Assembly: GCF_050920415.1 (NCBI RefSeq)
Contig: NZ_CP169309.1
Source of the DNA: Escherichia coli
Lineage (GTDB): Bacteria; Pseudomonadota; Gammaproteobacteria; Enterobacterales; Enterobacteriaceae
Strand: one strand, 5' to 3'
Length of the DNA: 64,000 nucleotides
Positions within the stretch are counted from its first letter, which is position 1; the number at the start of each line of letters is the position of its first letter. Positions 46,295-60,756 of this stretch are shown one piece after another. Both the position numbers and the translations under genes were made by a program. Under the pieces are notes generated by a model. It saw only the letters and a list, made by a program, of their open reading frames with translations. It had not been told where the DNA came from and searched no databases.

Positions 46295-46528
46295 CTAGAA
46301 GCTCCGGTACTCATCAGAGAAACATCCGGTTTCATCAGCCAATTGATTTAACGCAGCGATAGCTTCTGCGTTCTCTTCACGCCAACGTGTTGCTGCATGT
46401 TTTTTAAGTTCAGCATTGAGCGCAACCGTAAGGGTGGCGCTCATATTTAAGCCTGCATCACGAGCGCGATTGACTAACTCACGGTCGACGGTGACGGTCA
46501 CACTTTGTGTGGTACGTTTTGCAGTCAT
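46295..46528 (-). CDS. ccdA: ccdA-like antitoxin
   Basis: 77-aa ORF MTAKRTTQSVTVTVDRELVNRARDAGLNMSATLTVALNAELKKHAATRWREENAEAIAALNQLADETGCFSDEYRSF; CcdA-like, stop 2 nt before the ccdB-like ATG. Confidence 0.8.
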   Translation of the reverse strand: MTAKRTTQSVTVTVDRELVNRARDAGLNMSATLTVALNAELKKHAATRWREENAEAIAALNQLADETGCFSDEYRSF

Positions 46529-46613
46529 GATATCGTGCTCCTGTACAATTTATACGTCTAGTATGCACGGATATCTGCACGTATCAGTGATGCCGGAATT
46601 CTAATATACAAAC
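46529..46613 (-). promoter_or_regulatory. Putative promoter/operator of the ccdAB-like operon
   Basis: AT-rich spacer between folA stop and ccdA start with partial dyads (tatacgtctagtatgcacggatatctgcacgtat); inferred. Confidence 0.35.
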
Positions 46614-47228
<615 letters not shown>

Positions 47229-47285
47229 TTACAATGAAACAAAAACAATCAGTTAGCTGTAAAGTGTGATTTACGTCACTCTTTA

Positions 47286-49148
47286 TTAGGATGAGGGTTT
47301 CGTTTCCGGTTCATCCGCTATGTTGCCGGTATGTTTACCTTCTTCGGTGCCCTGCCAGCCATGTCGTTGAATTAATGACAGATGTTCGCGGTCTTCGGTA
47401 ATGATCTCACTTAACATCGCACTGGTGCGTTTATAGACCGCTGCGCGGGCTTTGGTGTCGTTCTCAACTACTGCCATCTCTTCCACCATCTGAATATTAA
47501 AGCGGCGGAATACATCTGCACGCTCCCGCGCTTCATACGGCCCCAGACCTAAACTTTCCAGCGCCAGACGCCCGGTTTTCAGTGCCCCTTCAAAGGTTTC
47601 ACGCTCTGGCTTTTCAACGCCTGCCTGACGCAAACGAATGTAGTGATCGACATCGCGGGCGCGGGCAATAATCTGCAGATGCGGGAAATGTTCTTTCACC
47701 ATCTCCGTCAGTTGCAGGTTGGTTTGAGGATCGTCAATGGCGTTAATCAGCACTTCCGCTTTCGCCGCTCCGGCAGATTCCAGTAAATCCATCCGCGTGG
47801 CATCGCCGTAAAACACTTTCATGCCGAATTTTCGCAGCGTTTCGATATGGTCCGGATCGTGATCGAGTACCACCATTTTCACCCCGCTGGAGAGCAGTAA
47901 ACGTCCGGTGATCTGCCCAAAACGACCGAATCCGGCAATGATTACCCGCGGCTGTTCTTCGTCGATCTCATCGGCTTCACGCGCCTCTTCAGTAGAAGAT
48001 TGCTCAAGGCGATTGAGGATCACCAGCAGAATCGGCGTTGCTGCCATCGACAGCGCCACCGCCAGGGTCAGCGATTTCGCCCACTCCGGCTCCAGCACAT
48101 TCGCCATCTGCGCCGCACCAAATACTACAAAGGCAAACTCACTGCCCTGTCCTAATAACACCGCAAACCAGCGACGCTGTTTATTTGGCACCTGCAACGG
48201 TCGGGCAATCAGCCACAGCATGGCGATTTTGATGATGAGGAAACCGAGCAGCAAAATGACAATGCGCAATGGGTTTTCAATCAGCGTGCCAAAGTCTATC
48301 GACATGCCAACACCGATGAAAAACAGCCCCAACAGCAAACCTTTAAATGGCTCGATATCGCTTTCCAACGCATGGCGGTATTCCGAGCTTGCCAGCAGTA
48401 CGCCCGCCAGAAACGCCCCCATCGCCATCGACAAGCCGACCTCTTCCAGCAGCAAACCAAAGCCAAACACGAGGAATAACGCCACGGCACTAAACACTTC
48501 CCGCAAGCCAGAGCGGGCAACAAAACGCAGCGCCGGACGCGTGACATAGCGCCCCAGCAGTACCACCAGCACCAGTGCACCCGCCACTTTTAACGCCGAG
48601 AGAGCAAATGCGCCCATCGTCGTCGAGGCACTGCTCGCCGCCAGTAGCGGGATCATCGCTACCAGCGGGATCGCGGCGATATCCTGGAACAGCAGCACCG
48701 CAAAGGCGCTACGGCCCATTTGTGTCACCATCAGGTTGCGTTCATTCATCGCCTGCATGGCAATTGCCGTTGATGAGAGCGCCAGTGTCATGCCGATCAG
48801 TTCCGCTACCTGCCAGCGCAGACCAAGGAACATGCAGAACAGCCCCAGCAGGCCGCCGCAAACCACCATCTGTAATGCACCACCACCAAACACTGCCGCA
48901 CGCAACTTCCACAGCCTTTGTGGATCGAGTTCGAGGCCGATAATAAACAGCATCAGCACCACGCCGATCTCGGCAAAGTGCAGAATAGATTCGGCATCGG
49001 TCACCAGTCGCAGCCCCCACGGGCCAATAATGCAGCCGGCGATCAGGTAGCCAAGTACCGATCCCAGACCAAGACGTACCGCAATGGGTACAATCAGCGC
49101 CGCCGAACCGAGATAAATCAGCGCCTGAATCAGCGTATGGCTATCCAT
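47286..49148 (-). CDS. kefC: Glutathione-regulated K+ efflux system protein KefC
   Basis: 620 aa from [21 protein letters not shown]; start overlaps kefF end. Confidence 0.95.
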   Translation of the reverse strand: MDSHTLIQALIYLGSAALIVPIAVRLGLGSVLGYLIAGCIIGPWGLRLVTDAESILHFAEIGVVLMLFIIGLELDPQRLWKLRAAVFGGGALQMVVCGGLLGLFCMFLGLRWQVAELIGMTLALSSTAIAMQAMNERNLMVTQMGRSAFAVLLFQDIAAIPLVAMIPLLAASSASTTMGAFALSALKVAGALVLVVLLGRYVTRPALRFVARSGLREVFSAVALFLVFGFGLLLEEVGLSMAMGAFLAGVLLASSEYRHALESDIEPFKGLLLGLFFIGVGMSIDFGTLIENPLRIVILLLGFLIIKIAMLWLIARPLQVPNKQRRWFAVLLGQGSEFAFVVFGAAQMANVLEPEWAKSLTLAVALSMAATPILLVILNRLEQSSTEEAREADEIDEEQPRVIIAGFGRFGQITGRLLLSSGVKMVVLDHDPDHIETLRKFGMKVFYGDATRMDLLESAGAAKAEVLINAIDDPQTNLQLTEMVKEHFPHLQIIARARDVDHYIRLRQAGVEKPERETFEGALKTGRLALESLGLGPYEARERADVFRRFNIQMVEEMAVVENDTKARAAVYKRTSAMLSEIITEDREHLSLIQRHGWQGTEEGKHTGNIADEPETKPSS

Positions 49149-49671
49149 GATGTGCCTCCTGCCATTCCAGCAGACGTTGCTTATAGTGACGCGCCTGCCC
49201 TTCGAGGGTTTCGTCGTCACAAATAAAGGTACAGTGCATGGCAAACGGTGGCAGCCAGTTCAGCCCGCAGTAGATTGCCGTCGCCTGTAGCGGCTGCGAC
49301 AGCACATCAAAGCCCGGATGTGCACCAATCTCAAAATGGCTTTCCCCGCCGCCGGTCGTCACCGCCCACAGCAAATGTTTACCATGCAGTGCCGTGCCGC
49401 CGTGACCGTAAGCCCAGCCGTGCGAGAAGACTTTATCGATCCAAAGTTTAAGGAGCGGAGGAATGCTGTACCACTGCATCGGGTGCTGCCAGACGATCAG
49501 GTCGGCGCGAGACAACGCCTCCTGCTCGGCAGCAATATCGATATTGAAGTCAGGATAGAGTTGATAAAGAGAGCGAACTTCGACGCCTTCCAGCGTCCTT
49601 GCCTGTTCAAGCATCCGTTTATTCGCATGAGAATGATGCGGATACGGATGCGCATAAATTATGAGGATCAT
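49141..49671 (-). CDS. kefF: KefC ancillary protein KefF (quinone oxidoreductase-like)
   Basis: 176-aa [26 protein letters not shown], overlaps kefC. Confidence 0.94.
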   Translation of the reverse strand: MILIIYAHPYPHHSHANKRMLEQARTLEGVEVRSLYQLYPDFNIDIAAEQEALSRADLIVWQHPMQWYSIPPLLKLWIDKVFSHGWAYGHGGTALHGKHLLWAVTTGGGESHFEIGAHPGFDVLSQPLQATAIYCGLNWLPPFAMHCTFICDDETLEGQARHYKQRLLEWQEAHHG

Positions 49672-49778
49672 AGTTAACTCGCGTGTTTACGCCTTTGTTT
49701 TCCCACAAAGTGTAGTCACATATTCACGCAGCTAATAGTCAATAATATTGATTCAAAAAAGGCAGAAATCTGAATAAA

Positions 49779-51110
49779 TTACCCCATTCGTTGCCTGCGA
49801 ATCGTCATATTGCTGGTCTGGGCCAGCGACATCCCCCGTGTCTCTGGCGCAAACGCAATGGAAATCAACAAACCAAACAGCGAGATACCTGCTCCCATCA
49901 GCATCGTGTTACTGATGCCGTAATTATTGATAAAGATCGGCAGCGCCCAGGTTGAAACAATGGTGCCAATACGGCTTAAGGACATAATAACGCCCACAGC
50001 AGAGGCGCGGATATCCGTCGGGAAGAGTTCATTAGGATAGAGCCACTGCAAATTACCTGGCCCGCCAGAGAAAAAGGCATACACCGCAAATGCCATCACT
50101 ACCAGCCAGATCCCCATATCCGGGATCAGCCCCAAAACCGCCAACGCCAGCGTCATCATGGCAAAGCTGCCAATCAACAACGGACGCCGTCCGGCAGTGT
50201 TTAGCCACAGCATCGGCGGAATACAGCCGAGCATAAAGAACAGGCTAATCACCACGTTCCCCAGTGCCGCGTTTTTGCCAACGCCCAATCCCAGCAGACC
50301 AACTATTTGCGGGCCAAAGGTGTAAATAGCGAACATCGGGATCACCTGGCAGGTCCAGATGGCGGCAACAAACAGAACAAAAGGAAAATGGCGGCGATTA
50401 AACAGATCGCGAAAACGGGTTTGCTGCGGCGGCTCTTCGTCGAAAGCCACCGGCTCACCAAACAGTTTGATCATCATCTCTTCGCACTCTTTCACTCGCC
50501 CTTTGCGTAATAACCAGCGGGGAGATTCTGGCAGTTCGAATCGACCAATCAAAATCAACAAACAGGGGATCGCCGCGCTACCCAGCATCCAGCGCCAGCC
50601 GCCTTCCACATCATAAAGCCAATAGCCGACCAAATCGGCGCAGGTCGCGCCGACATACCACATAGCGGCGATAAAGCTGATTGAAAACGCCCGCTGTCGG
50701 GTGCTGGAGAACTCGGTGATCATCGAAGTCGCGATGGGATAATCCGCACCGATGACAATGCCGATGAGTACCCGCATCACCAGTAGTTCGATGGGGGATG
50801 AGACAAACATCGTTGCTACCGATATCACACCAATGGCGATGATATCAATGAGGAACATTTTGCGCCGTCCGACTTTATCGGAGATATAGCCAAACAGCGA
50901 TGTACCGACAAACAGCCCGGCGAGCGTTCCCGCCCCCAGCAAGCCAATCCAGTCTGCGTCCAGCTTTAGCGCAGGAGTCAGTTGCTCCAGCGCCACGCCA
51001 ATCATTACCAGTACATAACCATCCAGAAACGGGCCACCGCTTCCCCACAGCAAAATGCGGCGGTGAATTGAGGAGAATTTGAGATCGTCAAAGTTTCTGG
51101 ACGGTTGCAT
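49779..51110 (-). CDS. yaaU: MFS transporter YaaU
   Basis: 443-aa 12-TM MFS-like ORF between kefF and fixX. Confidence 0.9.
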   Translation of the reverse strand: MQPSRNFDDLKFSSIHRRILLWGSGGPFLDGYVLVMIGVALEQLTPALKLDADWIGLLGAGTLAGLFVGTSLFGYISDKVGRRKMFLIDIIAIGVISVATMFVSSPIELLVMRVLIGIVIGADYPIATSMITEFSSTRQRAFSISFIAAMWYVGATCADLVGYWLYDVEGGWRWMLGSAAIPCLLILIGRFELPESPRWLLRKGRVKECEEMMIKLFGEPVAFDEEPPQQTRFRDLFNRRHFPFVLFVAAIWTCQVIPMFAIYTFGPQIVGLLGLGVGKNAALGNVVISLFFMLGCIPPMLWLNTAGRRPLLIGSFAMMTLALAVLGLIPDMGIWLVVMAFAVYAFFSGGPGNLQWLYPNELFPTDIRASAVGVIMSLSRIGTIVSTWALPIFINNYGISNTMLMGAGISLFGLLISIAFAPETRGMSLAQTSNMTIRRQRMG

Positions 51111-51168
51111 GGGTTATTCCTGTTTTTTTACAATGAGAGTCAGTACGGCGTTACGTATCAAACCAACA

Positions 51169-51456
51169 TCAGCCGTAACGAAACTCCACACCAAAGGTGC
51201 CGCGCGGGTATTCCCACTGTTCCAGCGCCGACCCCAGCCCCAGAATTCGGCAGGTGCCACACTCCAGACATCCGGCGTAATCGAAACGCACGCTGCCGTC
51301 ATCCTGCTTCTTATACAGACCTGCGGGGCACGCTTTCACCAGCAGCTCCAGCGCCTGTTTATCCGCATCGGCCTTTACAACAATGTGCGGATGCTCTTCA
51401 TCGACATTGAATTTATTGACGCCCAGTTTGACGTCCACATTGACGGGAGAAGTCAT
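51169..51456 (-). CDS. fixX: Ferredoxin-like protein FixX
   Basis: 95-aa ORF with Cys cluster (CLECGTC). Confidence 0.93.
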   Translation of the reverse strand: MTSPVNVDVKLGVNKFNVDEEHPHIVVKADADKQALELLVKACPAGLYKKQDDGSVRFDYAGCLECGTCRILGLGSALEQWEYPRGTFGVEFRYG

Positions 51457-52739
51457 AAAACGGTCACTCCTTTCATGCCATCCTTGATCAGATTGATGAA
51501 GCCCACTTTCTTGCCGTGGCGGAGGATTTTCTTGCGCATCAGTTCCGGCACGCTGCCGTCAATGGTGAACAGGTCACGCGCCACGCCCACCGCCAGTTCC
51601 GGGTAGCCGCTAAACATGCGTGGGTTATCAAGGAACGTCGGTAGTTTCTGGTACATGCGCATATCGCGCAGTGGGCCACTCTCCAGATGCTGACGATATT
51701 CCGTCAGTTTTTGCTTACTGAAATCGTCGCTTTTCATCGCTGAAAGCACGGTTTTTGCAGCAGCTTCCCCGGCGGCAATCGCCAGATCCATACCGCGAAT
51801 AGTAAAACCGAGGTTCATACACATTCCGGCGGCATCACCGGCAATCAACACGCCGTCACCGACCAGCTCCGGCAGCATGTTGATGCCTGCTTCCGGCACT
51901 ACGTGAGCGGAATATTCCACCAGCTTGCCACCCGCAATCAGCGGTGCAACTGCCGGATGTTGTTTGAAATCTTCCAGCATTTGCGGCACCGATTTTTTTG
52001 CGTCATGCAGATGATGCAGACCGCAAACCAGCCCCAGCGACAGGGTATTTTCATTGGTATAAAGGAAGCCGCCGCCCATCAGGCCATCAGTAGGTGATCC
52101 CGCAAATAAGCAAGCCGCCCCCTGATTACCCTGCAACTGAAAACGGTCTTCGATAACCGACTTCGGTAACTCGATCAGTTCCTTCACGCCAACCGCCACA
52201 TCCGTCGGTTTGACGCGTTTTGCCATCCCCAGCTTTTCGGCAAGGATCGAATTCACTCCGTCAGCAAGGATCACCGTTTTCGCTTCAATCACATCGCCAT
52301 CGGCTTCTACGCCGACAACTTTGCCATCGCGCTGTACGAGGTTATCGACACGAATCCCGGTAATTAACTGCGCGCCCGCCTCTTCGGCCTGCTCCATCAA
52401 CCAGGCATCAAATTTACTGCGCAAAACGGAGTAAGAACGCTGGGATGGCGAGGTTTCGTCGCCATTGCAGTAGTCCATAGTCATCGCTGACTTTTCCGTC
52501 ATAAACGCGAGTTTTTCATGGGTGATCAGGCGTTCTACGGGGGCGGATTCGGCGAAACCAGGAATAATGTGTTCCAGACTGTGGGCATAGAGACGCCCGC
52601 CGGTGACGTTCTTGGCACCTGCGGAATTGCCACGCTCGATAACTAACACTTGCGCACCTTCGCAGGCGAGCACCAGTGCGGCAACCGAACCGGCAAGCCC
52701 TGCACCTACGATGATGGCGTCAAAGATATCTTCGGACAT
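51453..52739 (-). CDS. fixC: FAD-dependent oxidoreductase FixC
   Basis: 428-aa ORF with N-terminal GAGLAG FAD-binding motif. Confidence 0.94.
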   Translation of the reverse strand: MSEDIFDAIIVGAGLAGSVAALVLACEGAQVLVIERGNSAGAKNVTGGRLYAHSLEHIIPGFAESAPVERLITHEKLAFMTEKSAMTMDYCNGDETSPSQRSYSVLRSKFDAWLMEQAEEAGAQLITGIRVDNLVQRDGKVVGVEADGDVIEAKTVILADGVNSILAEKLGMAKRVKPTDVAVGVKELIELPKSVIEDRFQLQGNQGAACLFAGSPTDGLMGGGFLYTNENTLSLGLVCGLHHLHDAKKSVPQMLEDFKQHPAVAPLIAGGKLVEYSAHVVPEAGINMLPELVGDGVLIAGDAAGMCMNLGFTIRGMDLAIAAGEAAAKTVLSAMKSDDFSKQKLTEYRQHLESGPLRDMRMYQKLPTFLDNPRMFSGYPELAVGVARDLFTIDGSVPELMRKKILRHGKKVGFINLIKDGMKGVTVL

Positions 52740-52789
52740 AAGAGCTCCCTGTCAGCGGCAGGGCCGAAATGCAGCCCTGCCAGAGTGGA

Positions 52790-53731
52790 TCAACGCGCTA
52801 AAGCGGCGGTCAGCGCCGGAAGGATCTTCACGGCGTCACCAACAATGCCGTAATCCGCGAACTGGAAGATCGGCGCATTTTTATCTTTGTTGATGGCGAA
52901 AATAGTTTGCGACGCGTTAGCGCCAACCATGTGCTGGATCTGCCCGGAGATCCCCACCGCCAGGTACAATTCAGGTTTCAGCATCAGGTTGGAGATACCG
53001 ACATAGCGTTCGTGCTCCATCCATTTTTCGTTTTCCGCCACCGGACGAGAACAGGCCAGCTCCGCACCTATCGCCTTGCAAAGCTGTTCTGCCAGCGCAA
53101 TGTTCTCTTTGCTGCCAATGCCGCGACCGACGCTGACCACCAGACGGGCTTTATCCAGATCGACGCTGTTGCTCTGGCGCGCCTGCGTTGCCGTGCGGGT
53201 AATCGCCACCGCCGGAGCCTGCCACGCCACGGTGTGTGTTTCGCCAGTACGTGACGCGTCTGGCTGAGCCGCATCGAACGTGCCGCTGCTGATGGTCAGT
53301 ACCGCATACGGCGTGGCAATGCGTTCTTCGCCAATCGCCAGACCGCCGTAAACCATGTGTTTCACTGTCGCTTTACCGTCCTGCACGCTAACGGCGCTGG
53401 CATCGTTCGAAACCGCCGCTTTAAGGCGATAACCCAGTTTTGCCGCCAGTAATTTGCCGCGACGAGTATTCGGCAACAGCACCAGACCGTCTGCGCCGTG
53501 CTGGCGAATAGTGTCAGCCATGACACCGGCGTAATCTTCGATCATCCGATCGTCCGGTTTGCCGCTTAATTTCCAGACATGATTAGCGCCAAACTGGATT
53601 GCCAGTGCGCCGTCGGCATCATTGAGGACAAAGGTGTTGATTTGATTAGCTAAAGCCTGCGCACCGTTCATCAGTTCCGGCAGACGAGAAGGGGTATCGC
53701 TGAATACCCAGACTTGAGAAAACGTGTTCAT
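52790..53731 (-). CDS. fixB: Electron transfer flavoprotein alpha-subunit homolog FixB
   Basis: 313-aa ETF-alpha-like ORF. Confidence 0.94.
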   Translation of the reverse strand: MNTFSQVWVFSDTPSRLPELMNGAQALANQINTFVLNDADGALAIQFGANHVWKLSGKPDDRMIEDYAGVMADTIRQHGADGLVLLPNTRRGKLLAAKLGYRLKAAVSNDASAVSVQDGKATVKHMVYGGLAIGEERIATPYAVLTISSGTFDAAQPDASRTGETHTVAWQAPAVAITRTATQARQSNSVDLDKARLVVSVGRGIGSKENIALAEQLCKAIGAELACSRPVAENEKWMEHERYVGISNLMLKPELYLAVGISGQIQHMVGANASQTIFAINKDKNAPIFQFADYGIVGDAVKILPALTAALAR

Positions 53732-53745
53732 AGCATCCCCTGTAA

Positions 53746-54516
53746 TTAAATGACTTTGCGAAGATTTTCAGCAAATGCGGCGATCTGTTCTTCGCCGTCG
53801 CCTTCAATCACAATGCGCTGACGCTCGCGCTGTTTCGGTGCGGCAACCTGTTGTTCAGACCAGGCTTCCACGGCGTTAAAGCCAATGTCCGCCGCCGACC
53901 ATACCTGGACTGGCTTTTTCGCCGCGCCGAGAATGGCTTTCATTGAAGGAATTTGTGGGGAGTTGATATCAGTGGAAACAGCAACAACCGCAGGCAGCGG
54001 AATGCTTAACGTTTCTGTTTCATCTTCCAGTTCGCGTTCAACGGTGAGGGTATCTGCCGTCAGGGAAATAATTTTGCTGACACCGTTAACGACTGGAATA
54101 TCGAGGATTTCGCCCACCAGCAAACCAACCTGTTGGGCATAAAGGTCGGAAGAACCATCGCCGCAGAGGATCAGATCAAACCCTGCTTTCTGGGCGGCTG
54201 CAGCCAGTGCTGTCGCCGTTTGTTGCGGCAGTGCCTGCTCGAACTGGTCATCAATTACCACAATCAGTTCATCCGGACCGCGCGATAGCACATCTTTACG
54301 CCCTTTGGCATTGGTCAGGGCTTTACCGCCCACACTTAAGGCCGTCACCTGCGCTTCTGCCGCCTGCTGTTTTAACTGACAAGCCGCTTCAATAGCGTTG
54401 AGATCGTATTGGCTTATTTTGGCATCGGCTTTACTGAAGTCTAACGAACCATCAGCATTATTGACCGCAATATCCTGTTCATCAGGCACGCACTTATAGC
54501 AAGTAATAATCTTCAT
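53746..54516 (-). CDS. fixA: Electron transfer flavoprotein beta-subunit homolog FixA
   Basis: 256 aa from [18 protein letters not shown]; ATG at 54516. Confidence 0.94.
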   Translation of the reverse strand: MKIITCYKCVPDEQDIAVNNADGSLDFSKADAKISQYDLNAIEAACQLKQQAAEAQVTALSVGGKALTNAKGRKDVLSRGPDELIVVIDDQFEQALPQQTATALAAAAQKAGFDLILCGDGSSDLYAQQVGLLVGEILDIPVVNGVSKIISLTADTLTVERELEDETETLSIPLPAVVAVSTDINSPQIPSMKAILGAAKKPVQVWSAADIGFNAVEAWSEQQVAAPKQRERQRIVIEGDGEEQIAAFAENLRKVI

Positions 54517-54599
54517 TGCATCTCCAGAAATCATGAAGGAAACGTCGTTCATATCGGTGGTGTTAATTACAGATATCACGCCCTTTAATTTGGAAATAA

Positions 54600-54745
54600 A
54601 ACTTTAATCACCAATATTGAAAATGTCACACGCAGATAAATCCAACTTTCAATATTGTTAAGTTCCTCACCAATATTGAAAACACGGCGTAGCAAAAAGA
54701 AATTTTCAATATTGTTTTATGGATCACCAATATTGAAAGTCAGAT
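54600..54745. promoter_or_regulatory. cai/fix divergent control region with five copies of a caccaatattgaaa-type motif
   Basis: Copies near 54607, 54647 (opposite orientation), 54666, 54703 (opposite orientation), 54724; CaiF/CRP operator region by established knowledge. Confidence 0.7.
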
Positions 54746-54985
54746 GCTATTTTTTTACTCATATCAGAACATAACACACTGATTAATAATCAAAATTAAC
54801 ACAAAAATGCCCTCTATTCACCCGAAACAAAAATGTGATAACAATCACAGAATGCAGCTTGTTGAATACCCATTATGAGTTAGCCATTAACGCGTCCACG
54901 AGGTTAATGATAATTATATTAAATGTTAACAAAAATAAAACAAACGGGAACGCAAAATAAATATTCGTTTTCACAGTGGAATTAA

Positions 54986-56503
<1,518 letters not shown>

Positions 56504-56533
56504 TTAACCCACAAAATATCAAGAGGTTGAAAG

Positions 56534-57676
56534 ATGGATTTTAATTTAAATGATGAGCAGGAACTGTTTGTCGCCGGTATCCGCGAACTGATGGCCAGCG
56601 AAAACTGGGAGGCCTATTTTGCCGAGTGCGACCGTGACAACGTCTACCCGGAACGTTTTGTCAAAGCACTGGCAGATATGGGTATCGACAGCCTGCTTAT
56701 CCCGGAAGAGCACGGCGGGCTGGACGCAGGTTTTGTCACCCTCGCCGCCGTGTGGATGGAATTGGGTCGTTTGGGGGCACCAACCTACGTGCTGTACCAG
56801 TTGCCGGGTGGATTCAACACCTTCCTGCGCGAAGGCACACAAGAGCAGATCGACAAGATTATGGCGTTTCGTGGTACTGGTAAGCAGATGTGGAACTCAG
56901 CGATTACCGAACCAGGGGCTGGCTCTGACGTGGGTAGCCTGAAAACGACTTATACCCGTAGAAATGGTAAGATTTATCTTAATGGTAGTAAGTGTTTTAT
57001 TACCAGCAGCGCCTACACCCCGTACATCGTGGTGATGGCGCGTGACGGGGCTTCTCCGGACAAACCTGTCTACACCGAATGGTTTGTTGATATGAGCAAA
57101 CCGGGCATCAAAGTGACCAAACTTGAGAAGCTCGGTCTGCGTATGGATAGCTGCTGTGAAATCACCTTTGACGATGTGGAACTGGACGAGAAAGACATGT
57201 TCGGTCGGGAAGGTAACGGCTTTAACCGCGTCAAAGAAGAGTTCGACCATGAACGTTTCCTGGTAGCCCTCACCAACTACGGTACGGCGATGTGCGCCTT
57301 TGAAGATGCGGCGCGCTACGCCAACCAGCGCGTGCAGTTTGGCGAGGCTATTGGTCGTTTCCAGTTGATTCAGGAAAAATTCGCCCACATGGCGATCAAA
57401 TTAAACTCCATGAAAAACATGCTGTATGAAGCAGCGTGGAAAGCAGACAACGGCACCATCACCTCTGGCGATGCAGCGATGTGCAAATACTTCTGCGCCA
57501 ATGCGGCATTTGAAGTGGTGGATAGCGCAATGCAGGTGCTGGGCGGTGTTGGGATTGCGGGCAACCACCGCATAAGCCGCTTCTGGCGTGATCTGCGTGT
57601 AGACCGCGTCTCCGGGGGATCTGACGAAATGCAGATCCTGACGCTGGGTCGTGCGGTGCTGAAACAATACCGCTAA
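56534..57676 (+). CDS. caiA: Crotonobetainyl-CoA reductase CaiA
   Basis: 380-aa acyl-CoA dehydrogenase-family ORF. Confidence 0.96.
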   Translation: MDFNLNDEQELFVAGIRELMASENWEAYFAECDRDNVYPERFVKALADMGIDSLLIPEEHGGLDAGFVTLAAVWMELGRLGAPTYVLYQLPGGFNTFLREGTQEQIDKIMAFRGTGKQMWNSAITEPGAGSDVGSLKTTYTRRNGKIYLNGSKCFITSSAYTPYIVVMARDGASPDKPVYTEWFVDMSKPGIKVTKLEKLGLRMDSCCEITFDDVELDEKDMFGREGNGFNRVKEEFDHERFLVALTNYGTAMCAFEDAARYANQRVQFGEAIGRFQLIQEKFAHMAIKLNSMKNMLYEAAWKADNGTITSGDAAMCKYFCANAAFEVVDSAMQVLGGVGIAGNHRISRFWRDLRVDRVSGGSDEMQILTLGRAVLKQYR

Positions 57677-57683
57677 GTCCGTG

Positions 57684-57775
57684 CGCTGCCTGATGCGACG
57701 CTACCGCGTCTTATCAGGCCTACGGGAGTACGAATGTAGGCCTGATAAGGCGTTTACGTCGCATCCGGCAGTCAT
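57684..57775. repeat. REP element cluster between caiA and caiB
   Basis: gcctgatgcgacgctaccgcgtcttatcaggcctacg...taggcctgataaggcg. Confidence 0.7.
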
Positions 57776-57786
57776 GCGCTACATAA

Positions 57787-59022
<1,236 letters not shown>

Positions 59023-59094
59023 ACGCGTGGCGTCAGTCAGCTTGCCTGACTAGCGCCCGCCCAATAACAAACGACTAAAATGGATAGAGGTGCA

Positions 59095-60648
59095 ATGGAT
59101 ATCATTGGCGGACAACATCTACGTCAAATGTGGGACGATCTGGCGGACATTTACGGTCATAAAACGGCGCTGATTTGTGAATCCAGCGGCGGAGTCGTTA
59201 ACCGGTACAGTTATCTTGAGTTAAATCAGGAGATTAACCGCACGGCAAACCTGTTTCATACGCTGGGGATTCGCAAAGGCGACAAGGTTGCTCTACATCT
59301 CGACAACTGCCCGGAATTTATCTTTTGCTGGTTCGGGTTGGCAAAAATTGGCGCGATTATGGTGCCGATTAACGCCCGCCTGTTGCGCGAAGAAAGCACG
59401 TGGATCCTGCAAAATAGCCAGGCGTGCCTGCTGGTGACCAGTGCGCAGTTCTATCCCATGTATCAACAGATTCAGCAGGAAGATGCCACTCAGTTGCGGC
59501 ACATTTGCCTGACAGATGTGGCACTTCCCGCTGATGATGGCGTGAGTTCGTTTACTCAACTGAAAAATCAACAACCTGCCACCTTGTGCTATGCACCGCC
59601 GCTATCGACTGACGATACGGCGGAAATTCTCTTTACCTCCGGTACCACTTCCCGGCCGAAAGGGGTGGTGATTACCCATTACAACCTGCGCTTCGCCGGA
59701 TATTACTCCGCCTGGCAGTGCGCACTACGTGACGATGACGTCTACCTGACGGTAATGCCTGCATTTCATATCGATTGCCAGTGTACTGCGGCGATGGCGG
59801 CGTTTTCTGCCGGAGCCACCTTTGTGCTGGTCGAGAAATACAGCGCCCGCGCCTTCTGGGGACAGGTACAAAAGTACCGCGCCACCGTTACCGAATGCAT
59901 TCCGATGATGATCCGTACCTTGATGGTGCAGCCGCCTTCTGTGAACGATCGGCAACACCATCTGCGGGAAGTGATGTTTTATCTCAACCTGTCGGAGCAG
60001 GAAAAGGACGCATTTTGTGAACGCTTTGGCGTCCGCTTGCTGACGTCTTATGGGATGACGGAAACCATTGTTGGCATTATCGGCGATCGCCCCGGCGATA
60101 AACGACGCTGGCCGTCAATTGGCCGTGCAGGATTTTGCTACGAAGCGGAGATCCGCGACGATCACAATCGTCCGCTCCCGGCTGGTGAAATCGGTGAAAT
60201 CTGCATTAAAGGCGTACCAGGGAAAACCATCTTCAAAGAATATTTTCTTAACCCGCAAGCCACTGCCAGAGTCCTGGAAGCCGATGGCTGGCTGCACACT
60301 GGCGATACCGGATACCGCGACGAAGAGGGCTTTTTTTATTTCGTCGATCGCCGCTGCAATATGATTAAACGCGGTGGCGAGAATGTCTCCTGCGTGGAGC
60401 TGGAAAATATTATCGCCGCACATCCGAAAATTCAGGACATCGTAGTTGTTGGTATTAAAGATTCGATTCGTGATGAAGCTATCAAAGCATTTGTGGTGCT
60501 GAATGAAGGTGAAATATTGAGCGAAGAGGAATTTTTCCGCTTCTGCGAACAAAATATGGCGAAATTTAAAGTGCCCTCTTATCTGGAGATCAGAAAAGAT
60601 CTGCCACGTAATTGCTCGGGGAAAATAATTAGAAAGAATCTGAAATAA
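59095..60648 (+). CDS. caiC: Crotonobetaine/carnitine--CoA ligase CaiC
   Basis: Track ORF starts at 59080 ([11 protein letters not shown]); start placed at second ATG (517 aa, MDIIGGQHL); AMP-binding motifs. Confidence 0.93.
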   Translation: MDIIGGQHLRQMWDDLADIYGHKTALICESSGGVVNRYSYLELNQEINRTANLFHTLGIRKGDKVALHLDNCPEFIFCWFGLAKIGAIMVPINARLLREESTWILQNSQACLLVTSAQFYPMYQQIQQEDATQLRHICLTDVALPADDGVSSFTQLKNQQPATLCYAPPLSTDDTAEILFTSGTTSRPKGVVITHYNLRFAGYYSAWQCALRDDDVYLTVMPAFHIDCQCTAAMAAFSAGATFVLVEKYSARAFWGQVQKYRATVTECIPMMIRTLMVQPPSVNDRQHHLREVMFYLNLSEQEKDAFCERFGVRLLTSYGMTETIVGIIGDRPGDKRRWPSIGRAGFCYEAEIRDDHNRPLPAGEIGEICIKGVPGKTIFKEYFLNPQATARVLEADGWLHTGDTGYRDEEGFFYFVDRRCNMIKRGGENVSCVELENIIAAHPKIQDIVVVGIKDSIRDEAIKAFVVLNEGEILSEEEFFRFCEQNMAKFKVPSYLEIRKDLPRNCSGKIIRKNLK

Positions 60649-60756
60649 ATGAAACGGCAGGGAACTACCCTGCCCGCTAATAATAACGCTCTAAAACAAT
60701 ATGCATTTTTTGCAGGGATGTTGTCGTCCCTGAAAAAGCAAAAATGGAGAAAAGGA

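Noticed and set aside
45982-46613. Looked for IS elements, inverted terminal repeats or integrase genes flanking the ccd-like insertion
   Set aside because: No transposase or integrase ORF and no obvious terminal inverted repeats; the module sits as a compact insertion without recognisable mobility genes.
47908-48549. 213-aa plus-strand ORF inside kefC
   Set aside because: Antisense to kefC; Ser/Ala/Pro-rich translation typical of an antisense frame through a membrane-protein gene.
54600-54745. Considered whether the repeated motifs between fixA and caiT could be a small CRISPR-like array
   Set aside because: Only five short palindromic copies with irregular spacing, mixed orientation and no cas genes; a transcription-factor operator array fits better.
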